Positions 55,958 to 64,000 of a DNA stretch of 64,000 nucleotides are shown piece after piece. How positions within the stretch are numbered: the stretch's first letter is position 1; each line of letters starts with the position of its first letter. The DNA is taken from positions 696 through 64,695 of the forward strand of contig JAVBQL010000019.1 in the NCBI GenBank assembly GCA_031549085.1, given 5' to 3'. This stretch comes from Spirochaetota bacterium. Its GTDB lineage: Bacteria > Spirochaetota > GWE2-31-10 > MWDO01. The notes under the pieces were generated by a model, which searched no databases, had not been told where the DNA came from, and was given only the letters and a program-made list of their open reading frames with translations. A program made the position numbers and the translations under genes.

Positions 55958-56846
55958 AGGTGGTTTGGGTGGAATGGGGCTTGATGCCCTTCTTAAAGTA
56001 AATGTCCAAAATGATAATACAATAAAATCGGAGGACTCCTCTCCCGAAAATGTTCTGGCTGGATTTGTTGAGCTTCCTATTGATAAGATTGTCCCAAACA
56101 ATAATCAGCCAAGAAAATATTTTGATGATGAGGCAATAGAGAACCTCTCTATATCAATAAAAAACTTTGGCGTGATACAGCCAATAACTGTTGTAAAGAA
56201 AGATAGCAAGTATGAAATTATTGCTGGAGAGAGAAGATATAGAGCCTCAATAAAGGCTGGACTTGAGAAGATCCCAGTAATAATAAAAGATCTCTCACAA
56301 AAAGAGCAGCTTGAGATCTCACTTGTGGAGAACATTCAGAGAGAGGATCTAAATCCTATTGAAGAGGCTTTGGCCTATATGAGTCTGATTGATGCCTACA
56401 ACCTGACTCATGAAGAGATCTCAAAGAGAGTTGGAAAGAGCAGAACTGCAATAACCAACACAATAAGATTGTTAAACCTTGAACCGCAAATTCAAAAATG
56501 GATAACAGATGGGCTTCTGCCTCCGGGCCATGCAAGAGTTATACTCTCAGTAGAGGATAAGGGAGAGCATCTAAAATTTGCTGACTATATAATAAAAAAC
56601 AATCTCTCTGTTAGAGAGGCTGAAGCACTCTCAAAAAAGTGGTCTACAGATAGAGATATAGGCAATAGCAAGAAGCCAACAAAACAGGCTATGAGAGAGA
56701 TTGAAATTCAAGACGCAGAGGATAGAATTGCTAAAAAGCTTCAAACAAAAGTCAAGATAAGCGGAACATCAATTAAGGGGAAGATAACAATCGACTACTT
56801 TACTCAAGAGGATTTGGAGCGAATTTTAGAACTTTGGGAAATATAA
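55944..56846 (+). CDS. parB: Chromosome-partitioning protein ParB/Spo0J
   Basis: GERRYRA box and an HTH segment (THEEISKRVGKSRTAITNTIRLL). Overlaps the parA stop. Confidence 0.9.
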   Translation: MAKSRGGLGGMGLDALLKVNVQNDNTIKSEDSSPENVLAGFVELPIDKIVPNNNQPRKYFDDEAIENLSISIKNFGVIQPITVVKKDSKYEIIAGERRYRASIKAGLEKIPVIIKDLSQKEQLEISLVENIQREDLNPIEEALAYMSLIDAYNLTHEEISKRVGKSRTAITNTIRLLNLEPQIQKWITDGLLPPGHARVILSVEDKGEHLKFADYIIKNNLSVREAEALSKKWSTDRDIGNSKKPTKQAMREIEIQDAEDRIAKKLQTKVKISGTSIKGKITIDYFTQEDLERILELWEI

Positions 56847-56864
56847 AACTCTTTTTTAAAAAAA

Positions 56865-57407
56865 CTAAAGCGGTTCAAAGTTTTTTATATAGTGATATGA
56901 TGCACCTGCATCTGCAACATTTTCTGGAACATACTCATCAAAAACAATTTTTGTTGGAAAACCATAAGTAGAATCATAGTCAATAATGAATGCTGTATAG
57001 TAGCAATCATTATTGGAGACTTTTTTACCATTATTTTTGTTATATCTATCAATTATCTTCTCAAATATCTTATTAATCGTTTCAAAATTGGATATATCTG
57101 CTACATAGCCAGAACCAATAACATTTCCATTAAAATCTATCCACTCTGCAGAATCTACTAATCCGTTTCTTACATATATTCTATAATGAGAAGAGAAGTC
57201 ATCTGAACCAATTATATGATAATCAAACTTATAATCTTTTATATCATGATCTTGCCATTTTTTCAAATTGGTATTATAAGCATCTTTGTCAAAATCAATA
57301 TATCTCTCTTTATTAGTATATTTCTCTAAAAAATCACAGCTTAAGAAAATCATAAAAAACAGAATAAAAAATATAGTAATTTTTGCTATTTTAACTCTTT
57401 GAAACAT
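56865..57407 (-). CDS. Tandem paralogous lipoprotein, type A (1 of 7)
   Basis: Lipobox FLSC. Family motifs: W(K/Q)D..I.DYKF.Y, TI(N/D)..F..I...YN...G, CYY.A...(E/D)YD..YGFP, and C-terminal NFEPL. Confidence 0.65.
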   Translation of the reverse strand: MFQRVKIAKITIFFILFFMIFLSCDFLEKYTNKERYIDFDKDAYNTNLKKWQDHDIKDYKFDYHIIGSDDFSSHYRIYVRNGLVDSAEWIDFNGNVIGSGYVADISNFETINKIFEKIIDRYNKNNGKKVSNNDCYYTAFIIDYDSTYGFPTKIVFDEYVPENVADAGASYHYIKNFEPL

Positions 57408-57419
57408 TTGTTTGCTCTC

Positions 57420-57944
57420 CTAAAGTGGTTCAAAATTGCCCAAACTGTAATCAAAAGTGCCATCAACAGCTAAATTCTCTGGTACATACAAATCATATCC
57501 AATTGATGTTGGAAAACCATAAATTGGATCATACTCAACATTAATAGCTCTATAGTAGCAATCATCATTTGCTACCTTTATGCCATTATTTCTATTATAA
57601 GTATCAATTATCTCCTCAAATATATCATCTATTGTCTTTAAATCATAGTTGTCTTTGTTCATATCCCCACTAACATCACCACTATCACTGTTATCGATTT
57701 TATAGGCATAAGAATTAACATACCCATCTTTAACAACTATTTTGTAATCAAAGCCGATAAACCCAAATCCACTATACTCAAATTTATAATTTTCTTGTTT
57801 TTGATCTTGCCACTTTTTTAAATTGGTGTCATAGACCTCTTTATCAAAATCAATATATCTCTCTTTATTAGTATATTTCTCTAAATAATCACAGCCAAAA
57901 AAGAGTATTAAAAATAACAATATTGAGATATTTTTTTTATTCAT
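57420..57944 (-). CDS. Tandem paralogous lipoprotein, type A (2 of 7)
   Basis: Lipobox FFGC. Shares DYLEKYTNKERYIDFDK with paralog 1. Confidence 0.65.
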   Translation of the reverse strand: MNKKNISILLFLILFFGCDYLEKYTNKERYIDFDKEVYDTNLKKWQDQKQENYKFEYSGFGFIGFDYKIVVKDGYVNSYAYKIDNSDSGDVSGDMNKDNYDLKTIDDIFEEIIDTYNRNNGIKVANDDCYYRAINVEYDPIYGFPTSIGYDLYVPENLAVDGTFDYSLGNFEPL

Positions 57945-57955
57945 CTTTCACTCTC

Positions 57956-58501
57956 CTAGAGGGATTTAAAGTTTTTTATATAGTGATATGATGAACCCAC
58001 ATCTGTTATATCCTCTGGAACATACATATCAAAAACAATTTTTGTTGGAAAACCATATGTGGAATCATACTCTATAGTAAAGGCTCTATAATAGTATGTA
58101 TCACTAATATTAACTATTTTTCCCTTATTGCTGTTATACATCTCCATAATATAATCAAATAGCTCATTAATAGTTCTCAAACTGGAGATATCAATGTGGT
58201 CAGCACTAAGATCATTTCCATCAGAATCTATTTTATCTGCAGAGTCTACAACCCCATTTTTAACATATACTCTATAATTTGAAGAGTATCCAACAGCTGA
58301 TACGTGGTGGTCAAATTTATAATCGCCTATGTTATGACCCTTCCATATTTCTAGATTACTGTTATAGGCATCTTTATCAAAATTAATAACTCTCTCTTTA
58401 TTTGAATAACTACAGCCAAAGAAAAATATTAAAAACAAGAATATTAATATGGTTATAATTTTAGTCACTCTTTTTATCAAACTCCTTCTAAAAAACCTCA
58501 A
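57956..58501 (-). CDS. Tandem paralogous lipoprotein, type A (3 of 7)
   Basis: Lipobox FFGC. C-terminal STYGFPTKIVFDMYVPE...SYHYIKNFKSL is close to paralog 1. Confidence 0.65.
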   Translation of the reverse strand: MRFFRRSLIKRVTKIITILIFLFLIFFFGCSYSNKERVINFDKDAYNSNLEIWKGHNIGDYKFDHHVSAVGYSSNYRVYVKNGVVDSADKIDSDGNDLSADHIDISSLRTINELFDYIMEMYNSNKGKIVNISDTYYYRAFTIEYDSTYGFPTKIVFDMYVPEDITDVGSSYHYIKNFKSL

Positions 58502-59042
58502 AGTTTTTTATATAAAATCGTGCCCCACCAGATCCACACCCATCTGTGCCATTAAATCGATTTTCTGGAGGATAGTGATACTCACAGGAGAGCAACTCTG
58601 GAAAGCCATAGGTACTATTGTATGTTACATCTATTGCTGTGCAATATGAGTCTTCATTTGGAATATAGGTTTCCCCATCTAAAGAGTTATAATCATTAAT
58701 TATCTTATCAAATATCTCATCAATTGTCTTCAAATTGTAGCGATTACTATTAGAATTCACTGTTACTGTTGTTTCTGTGCCAGAATTTGAGTAGCTGTAT
58801 GACTCAATTACTCTATTTTTGACATTAATGTTATAGGCACTCTTATCCCAATCAGGATATAAATTTTCATACCTAAATTTGTAGTCATCGATATTATGAT
58901 CTTTCCACTTTTTTAAATTGTTATAATAGGCATCTTTATCAAAATCTATATTTATCACCTCTGGCATATAGCCATCACAGCCAGCAAAGAGAAACAAGAT
59001 TGAGATAGAAAATAGTATAAAAGCCCTGTTTTGATAGAACAT
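58488..59042 (-). CDS. Tandem paralogous lipoprotein, type B (4 of 7)
   Basis: MFYQNRAFILFSISILFLFAGCDGYMP signal/lipobox. Overlaps the next gene by 14 nt. Confidence 0.65.
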   Translation of the reverse strand: MFYQNRAFILFSISILFLFAGCDGYMPEVINIDFDKDAYYNNLKKWKDHNIDDYKFRYENLYPDWDKSAYNINVKNRVIESYSYSNSGTETTVTVNSNSNRYNLKTIDEIFDKIINDYNSLDGETYIPNEDSYCTAIDVTYNSTYGFPELLSCEYHYPPENRFNGTDGCGSGGARFYIKNFEVF

Positions 59043-59054
59043 CTTTTTACCTCA

Positions 59055-59609
59055 TTAAAAAGTTTGAAAATTTGATATTCTATAAATATCTCTACTTCTA
59101 TCACTTGATACCAAATCTGAAGTATGGTAGTTATATTTAACAAATTTTGGAAAACCATAGTAGTCATCATACTCAACATCAATGCTTGTACAGTATGAGT
59201 TATAACTTCTATATTCATAACCATTCTCTTTATCATAAAAATATACTATATTATAAAATAGAGTATCAATATTGGCTGCATCTCTTGATGAGTAGTAGTC
59301 GTCAGAGACAATTTTTACAACAACATCATTGCCATACTCATCTTTGTAGGAGTAGCTCTTAAGTTTATTATTCTCAACAAGCACATCTGTAGTGGTGTCG
59401 TGGCCATATTGGCTGTTATGACTATAGGTAAACTGATAATCTTTTATATCAAGAGCCTTCCACTTTACAAGGTTTGAAAGACACTCATCTTTATCAAAAG
59501 TGATATACCTTTTTTCGGCTTCCTCATCTTGGAATGGACAAGAAAAAATAGAGAGGATTGATACTATTAATAACAATATTATTATAGGTAAAAGAATTTT
59601 TATCTTCAT
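59055..59609 (-). CDS. Tandem paralogous lipoprotein, type C (5 of 7)
   Basis: Lipobox IFSC. C-terminal YRISNFQTF. Confidence 0.65.
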   Translation of the reverse strand: MKIKILLPIIILLLIVSILSIFSCPFQDEEAEKRYITFDKDECLSNLVKWKALDIKDYQFTYSHNSQYGHDTTTDVLVENNKLKSYSYKDEYGNDVVVKIVSDDYYSSRDAANIDTLFYNIVYFYDKENGYEYRSYNSYCTSIDVEYDDYYGFPKFVKYNYHTSDLVSSDRSRDIYRISNFQTF

Positions 59610-59750
59610 AATTATAACCTCTATATATTTAGTAGTATAAGCAAAAACAATAGAATTATCAATCTCTTTATTATGCTATAAATATAAAAGAATATTGATA
59701 ATTTTATAAACATAGATGAGAGTTTAGATAAACCCTTCTGCAAGCACACT

Positions 59751-60305
59751 CTAAAGGGGCTCAAAGTTTTTTATCTTCATATAGAAGATTTCGATGGGTG
59801 CATCACTGGCTGCATAGGGTGAAAAACTCCAGCTTTCAGGCGGATACTTATATTCATAGGAGAGATACTCTGGAAAACCATACTCACTATTATATTTTAC
59901 ATCTATTGCATAACAGTAGCTCTCCTCATTTGGAATAACACTTTTTCCATCCCAATAGTTATACTCCCTAATTATACAATCAAATAGCTCATCTATTGTT
60001 AACAACGAGTGTTCATTGCCTGTTGAGTTAAGTGTAACCTCTACTTCACTTTTATAATCACTATAGGAGTATGACTCAATCAAGCTATTTCTAACATTAA
60101 CTTTGTAATCATTTCCATCCCACTCCTTAATATAGAGGAATTTATAGTTAACGATATTAGTATCTTTCCACTTTTTTAAATTGGCATCATAAGAGCCCCT
60201 ATTAAAGTCAACGCTTACTGTCACTGGCATATAGCCATCACAGCCCGCAAAGAGAAACAAGATTGAAATAGCAAATAGTGTAAAAGCCCTATTTAGATAG
60301 AACAT
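59751..60305 (-). CDS. Tandem paralogous lipoprotein, type B (6 of 7)
   Basis: MFYLNRAFTLFAISILFLFAGCDGYMP is nearly identical to the signal peptide of paralog 4; the mature part has diverged. Confidence 0.65.
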   Translation of the reverse strand: MFYLNRAFTLFAISILFLFAGCDGYMPVTVSVDFNRGSYDANLKKWKDTNIVNYKFLYIKEWDGNDYKVNVRNSLIESYSYSDYKSEVEVTLNSTGNEHSLLTIDELFDCIIREYNYWDGKSVIPNEESYCYAIDVKYNSEYGFPEYLSYEYKYPPESWSFSPYAASDAPIEIFYMKIKNFEPL

Positions 60306-60317
60306 TTTTTTGCCTCA

Positions 60318-60869
60318 CTAAAAAGTTTGAAAATTTGATATCCTATAGATAGACCAATCCCTCTCACCATCACTATGAGAATCTGGGAGGTGATATCTAG
60401 AGATAATACTCTTTGGATAGTGGTAAAATTCATCATATTCAACATCAATACTTGTAAAATATAGCTGATAATCTCTATACCTATGATCGTTTCCAGAATC
60501 ATAGATACCTGCTATCACATAAAATAGCCTCTCAATAGTAGATAACTCCCCATGTGAAGCGGTTTTTTCGAGAGGTTTTACAACAACATCATTACCATAG
60601 CTATCTTTGTAGGAGTAGCTCTTAATTAAGCCAGCCTCAACAACTAGATCTGCAGTTGAATCAACACCATACTGATGGTTACTGCTATAGGTAAATTTAT
60701 AGTTTTCTATACCAAGAGCGTCCCACTTGTTAAGATTCGAAAAGCACAGAGCTCTATCAAAAGTTATAAATATCAGCTCACCCCTATCATAGGGTTGGCA
60801 GCCAAAGAGAGCAGGTAGAGATAGAAGCAATATCATACTTTTTATAAATAAAATAACTTTCATTTGCAT
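60318..60869 (-). CDS. Tandem paralogous lipoprotein, type C (7 of 7)
   Basis: Lipobox LFGC. C-terminal YRISNFQTF as in paralog 5. Confidence 0.65.
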   Translation of the reverse strand: MQMKVILFIKSMILLLSLPALFGCQPYDRGELIFITFDRALCFSNLNKWDALGIENYKFTYSSNHQYGVDSTADLVVEAGLIKSYSYKDSYGNDVVVKPLEKTASHGELSTIERLFYVIAGIYDSGNDHRYRDYQLYFTSIDVEYDEFYHYPKSIISRYHLPDSHSDGERDWSIYRISNFQTF

Positions 60870-60991
60870 AATTATAACCTTTATAAAACAATAATATACA
60901 TAAAAGCAATAAAATTATCAATATCTTTATTATAATCTATAAAATTAAGAGAAATATTGATAATTTCATAAAACGTAAATGAGTATTGATA

Positions 60992-61027
60992 CTAAAAAAG
61001 CCCTCTTAAAATTAAGAGGGCTTTTTA
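60992..61027 (-). terminator. Intrinsic terminator of the methyltransferase gene (bidirectional in shape)
   Basis: AGCCCTCTTAA-AA-TTAAGAGGGCT flanked by A6 on the left and T5 on the right. Confidence 0.6.
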
Positions 61028-61054
61028 AAATAGTTTTTTTTATCTCTTCATATT

Positions 61055-62977
61055 TTATTTTATCTTTGCAAACTCTTTTATCAACAAAATAAGATTGTCA
61101 TTTTTATTATTTTCTTTAATATTGTTGTACTCTCTCATAAAGTCTCTGTAGGCCTTGCAGCACTCCTCTCTCTCTTCATAAAAAGTATCACCATTTTTTG
61201 ATAGCTTATTTGATATTATCTTTTCAAATTTGATAAAAGTACCACTCTCAATAATATTAATCATAGTCCAAAAATTAAGATCTTTTGACATTGTTTCAAA
61301 GATCAATTTTATTATATTTAAAGATGGAAGATAGGCCTTTTTGTTATTAAATTTTGATAAAAGATAGACAACATCTTTAAACAGCTCGAGATTGCAGCCG
61401 TTTGAACTACCATATCCACTATTAATCTCTTCCAATAGTATCTCAATCTCTCTATCTTTACCTATATTAGTTATCAAATCCAAATCAAGAAGCAAAGAGT
61501 TTAAATTATCTATTGAAAAATCCTCAATAATATTAAGAAAGCGCTCACTATCTACCATTCTGCTATTTTTTATTTGAAATGAGACCTCTGCTCCATCATA
61601 GATTTTACAAATGATGTCACAATCATCCACTCTGCCGCCATTGAAAAAACCATATTTGTATGCAATAGGTTTACTGATACGTTTTTTTACATTTAGGGAT
61701 ATACGATTGTATAGAAGCTCTCTTTTTATATCTACTATGTCCTCTTCACTCCCCTTTTTGTTTGTATCAACAATCAATATAAACTCAATATTGCTTACCT
61801 CATTTGTCAGAGACTGCTTTCCGCCCCTAAATTTAACATACTCACTTGAGACCATAGAGAGTTTCCCTCTTCTAGAAAGTATATCAAGCATATCATCAAA
61901 CTCAATTATTCCATCAATCGAATAGCTAACCAGTATATGTGAAGCATTGACACTCTCAACAATCTTTTCAAAATCATTTTTTGCGCTGCTCTTATAACAG
62001 AACGAGGATCTTGTGTTGATCCAATCTTTTCTTATTGCAGATTTGTCAATTTTTTTACCATCAACATATATATTCTTATTTATTTCAGGCTTATCGTTTT
62101 TTGCAATAGTGTTCAAAAGATGGTAGTTTGAACCATACTGATGCTGATTATATGGAGGGTCAAGATATGCTATATCAAAATGGGTTGCTTTTAATTTTTT
62201 AGCAAGCATGTTTGCGTCTTCCTGATAGACATAACATTTTTTTCCATTTACAAGCTCTGGCTTAATAAGTTCAACCTCTCTCAATATACGGCTTAATGCA
62301 TCTCCATTAGTACCGCCAAAACCATTATGAAACCCCTTAAAAACTCCAGATGTATTAGACCTCGTTGATGCTTCATAGAGCAGCAGGGCCAAAAGAAGCT
62401 CCATCTCATCTTTGGTTATAAGGGTCTCTCTTAACCAAAGCTCTATCATTCCCCTTATTGCATCAATCTTTTTGCCATTATAATTAGTATAAAACATTCT
62501 TTCATTCAATTTATCAGGATTTATATCATCACTTGGACAATAGTAGAGGGATATATAGCTATCATCTTTTGAGGGCTCTCTAAGAGAGTTTAGAATATTT
62601 AGAGCATTATCAAAACCGCCAAGTTTTTCAAATCCACTCTCAATAATTCTCTTATCAAAGGTTATAAAAACCCTATTAATTATGTAGGAGTAGTACTCCC
62701 AATCATTGCAGTGAACTTCAAAACCAAGCCTCTTTGCAAGGCGGGATACCACACCGCTTCCAGCAAATAGATCCAGAAAGGTTCTATCAGAGCCATTTGG
62801 ATCTATCTTTGTTGATTCAATTGCTCTGTTTATTAATGGAAGTAATCTTCTTTTGTTGCCAATATATGCTATCAAATTCTCTTTTAGGTATCTATCATTT
62901 TGAAGAGACTCTTTTTCTCTTATTAATGATTTTTTGCTGCTAAGCTTGCCTCTCTTATACACAGTTTTCGGCATCAC
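61055..62977 (-). CDS. N6-adenine DNA methyltransferase (alpha-group order, D12/COG3392-like) with a ~240-aa C-terminal extension
   Basis: YIGNKRRLL, motif I FLDLFAGSG (aa 67-75), motif IV DPPY (aa 273-276, nt 62161-62150). About 200 aa separate motifs I and IV. The C-terminal third has no recognisable motif. Confidence 0.8.
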   Translation of the reverse strand: MMPKTVYKRGKLSSKKSLIREKESLQNDRYLKENLIAYIGNKRRLLPLINRAIESTKIDPNGSDRTFLDLFAGSGVVSRLAKRLGFEVHCNDWEYYSYIINRVFITFDKRIIESGFEKLGGFDNALNILNSLREPSKDDSYISLYYCPSDDINPDKLNERMFYTNYNGKKIDAIRGMIELWLRETLITKDEMELLLALLLYEASTRSNTSGVFKGFHNGFGGTNGDALSRILREVELIKPELVNGKKCYVYQEDANMLAKKLKATHFDIAYLDPPYNQHQYGSNYHLLNTIAKNDKPEINKNIYVDGKKIDKSAIRKDWINTRSSFCYKSSAKNDFEKIVESVNASHILVSYSIDGIIEFDDMLDILSRRGKLSMVSSEYVKFRGGKQSLTNEVSNIEFILIVDTNKKGSEEDIVDIKRELLYNRISLNVKKRISKPIAYKYGFFNGGRVDDCDIICKIYDGAEVSFQIKNSRMVDSERFLNIIEDFSIDNLNSLLLDLDLITNIGKDREIEILLEEINSGYGSSNGCNLELFKDVVYLLSKFNNKKAYLPSLNIIKLIFETMSKDLNFWTMINIIESGTFIKFEKIISNKLSKNGDTFYEEREECCKAYRDFMREYNNIKENNKNDNLILLIKEFAKIK

Positions 62978-63192
62978 ATCCCCCTTGAACCTACTAGCTA
63001 GATCTTCGGTATTAAAGAATTTTGCTTTAAATGTTTTTGTAGGGGATTTTCCTAAATCTTTATCTATAATTTATAAATGTTAAAATATAAAAATTGCATT
63101 TCTATAAAAAATTTGTTATTATTTGTGAATACAATCCATTTTTATATAACTAATGCTGTAAAATATATCATTATATTACTTAAGGAATTAAA

Positions 63193-63750
63193 ATGGTGGA
63201 AACCATAAAAAATATATCTCTATATTGTTTACAAACAATATACACAATGCTTCCAGCAATTGGAGCAAACGTTGCCCCTATATTGATGAAAAAAGTTCCA
63301 TTTTTGAACTATCCTATGGATTTCAACAAATCTATAGGCGGTAAAAGGATATTGGGTGACCACAAGACCTTCAGAGGGCTCTTTTTTGGAGTAGTTTTTG
63401 CATTTGTAATTGTAAATATCCAATATATGGCTGCGAACCTATCAAATACATGGTGGGTTCTATATGAGCCAAACTATATAACTGCTATATTGATAGGGAT
63501 ATCAATGGGGGTTGGTACAATATTGGGCGATGCTGTAAAATCATTCTTCAAAAGAAGGCTTGATATAAAACCTGGGCAACCGTTCATTCCATGGGATCAG
63601 ATAGATTGTGCCTTAGGCGGGCTTATTCTTGGAAGAATATTTTGGGCATACCCATTGAAATTTGCTATTGCAACGCTTGTAATGACATTTTGTCTTCATA
63701 TAATAATAAGACATATTGCCGCTGCTTTTGGCCTATGTGAAAAGTGGTAA
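63193..63750 (+). CDS. CDP-archaeol synthase (CarS/DUF46)-family membrane protein
   Basis: LPAIGANVAPIL...P.DF......GKRILGDHKTFRGLFFGV closely follows, from memory, the CarS-family pattern PAY.AN..P...P.D.G....G.RI.GDGKT.RG. 5 TM helices. Confidence 0.6.
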   Translation: MVETIKNISLYCLQTIYTMLPAIGANVAPILMKKVPFLNYPMDFNKSIGGKRILGDHKTFRGLFFGVVFAFVIVNIQYMAANLSNTWWVLYEPNYITAILIGISMGVGTILGDAVKSFFKRRLDIKPGQPFIPWDQIDCALGGLILGRIFWAYPLKFAIATLVMTFCLHIIIRHIAAAFGLCEKW

Positions 63751-63936
63751 AAACCTAAATAATAATAGATTAATTCATCATATCATAACAAGACTAAAAG
63801 TATAATAATTAATTATTAAGAGTGGTGGGAGTATATCATAAAAGGATAAATATTTTATTTATATAATAAATGAACCTCTTAAAAAAAATAGAGAAAATCA
63901 AGTCATAAATACATATTTTATTTAGAATTTAGAAAG

Positions 63937-64000
63937 GATAATATATATAACAAAGATTTTATCTTACTTGTATAATAAAAATCGACTTATGTATATTATC
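63937..64000 (+). repeat. Structured core unit U11 (type II), at the window edge
   Basis: GATAATATATAT-AACAAAGATTTTATCTTACTTGTATAATAAAAATCGACTT-ATGTATATTATC. Arms are complementary apart from one G:T. Confidence 0.75.

Noticed and set aside
55000-56900. parS site (TGTTNCACGTGAAACA) near parAB
   Set aside because: Scanning by eye found no CACGTG-centred palindrome in or around parAB. A proper pattern search of the full window and genome is needed before concluding that one is absent.
1-64000. tRNA, rRNA, tmRNA, RNase P, prophage, transposase or integrase genes
   Set aside because: None recognised. All larger intergenic gaps are AT-rich and lack cloverleaf-like or GC-rich structured segments, other than the repeat families reported above. 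A tRNAscan/Infernal run would be the definitive check.

Overview
This is a 64-kb chromosomal window from a low-GC (roughly one-third GC by eye), lipoprotein-rich, flagellated bacterium. The taxon cannot be fixed from the sequence. The short 593-aa AlaRS, BMP-type lipoprotein, XPB helicase and tandem lipoprotein families are loosely spirochaete-like (low confidence). About 65 protein genes are supported. Housekeeping genes: purC, speE, metG, flgG, pgi, ndk, nth, dapA, alaS, argJ, ctpA, pstSCAB plus a PhoU fusion, a ROK glucokinase and parAB. Envelope genes: MMPL transporter, DsbD, ClC channel, two SPFH proteins, BMP lipoprotein, CAP-domain protein and an astacin-like lipoprotein. Accessory genes: XPB helicase with its partner, a PIN-like orphan, a tandem Cas2-like-fold protein, an orphan N6-adenine methyltransferase, a CDP-archaeol-synthase-like gene, three tandem DUF4234-like genes and seven tandem paralogous lipoproteins. 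I saw no rRNA, tRNA, CRISPR array, transposase or integrase. The most unusual content is noncoding. (1) At least 11 intergenic copies of a ~80-110 nt unit have a conserved centre (AACAAAGATTTT ... AAAATCGACTTA), while their outer and inner stems differ between copies yet stay complementary (compensatory covariation). (2) A GC-rich hairpin module (CTAATCCCCCC-AACCCCCTTTT-loop-AAAAGGGGG) sits just after stop codons. At 44348-44769 two copies form 44/45-identical inverted termini around a 420-bp mosaic that holds two of the structured units. Other items worth checking are a PhoU fused to a catalytically degenerate ArsC/LMW-PTP-like domain, a 1.26-kb segmental duplication inside the lipoprotein array, and an AT-rich PIN-like single-gene island.
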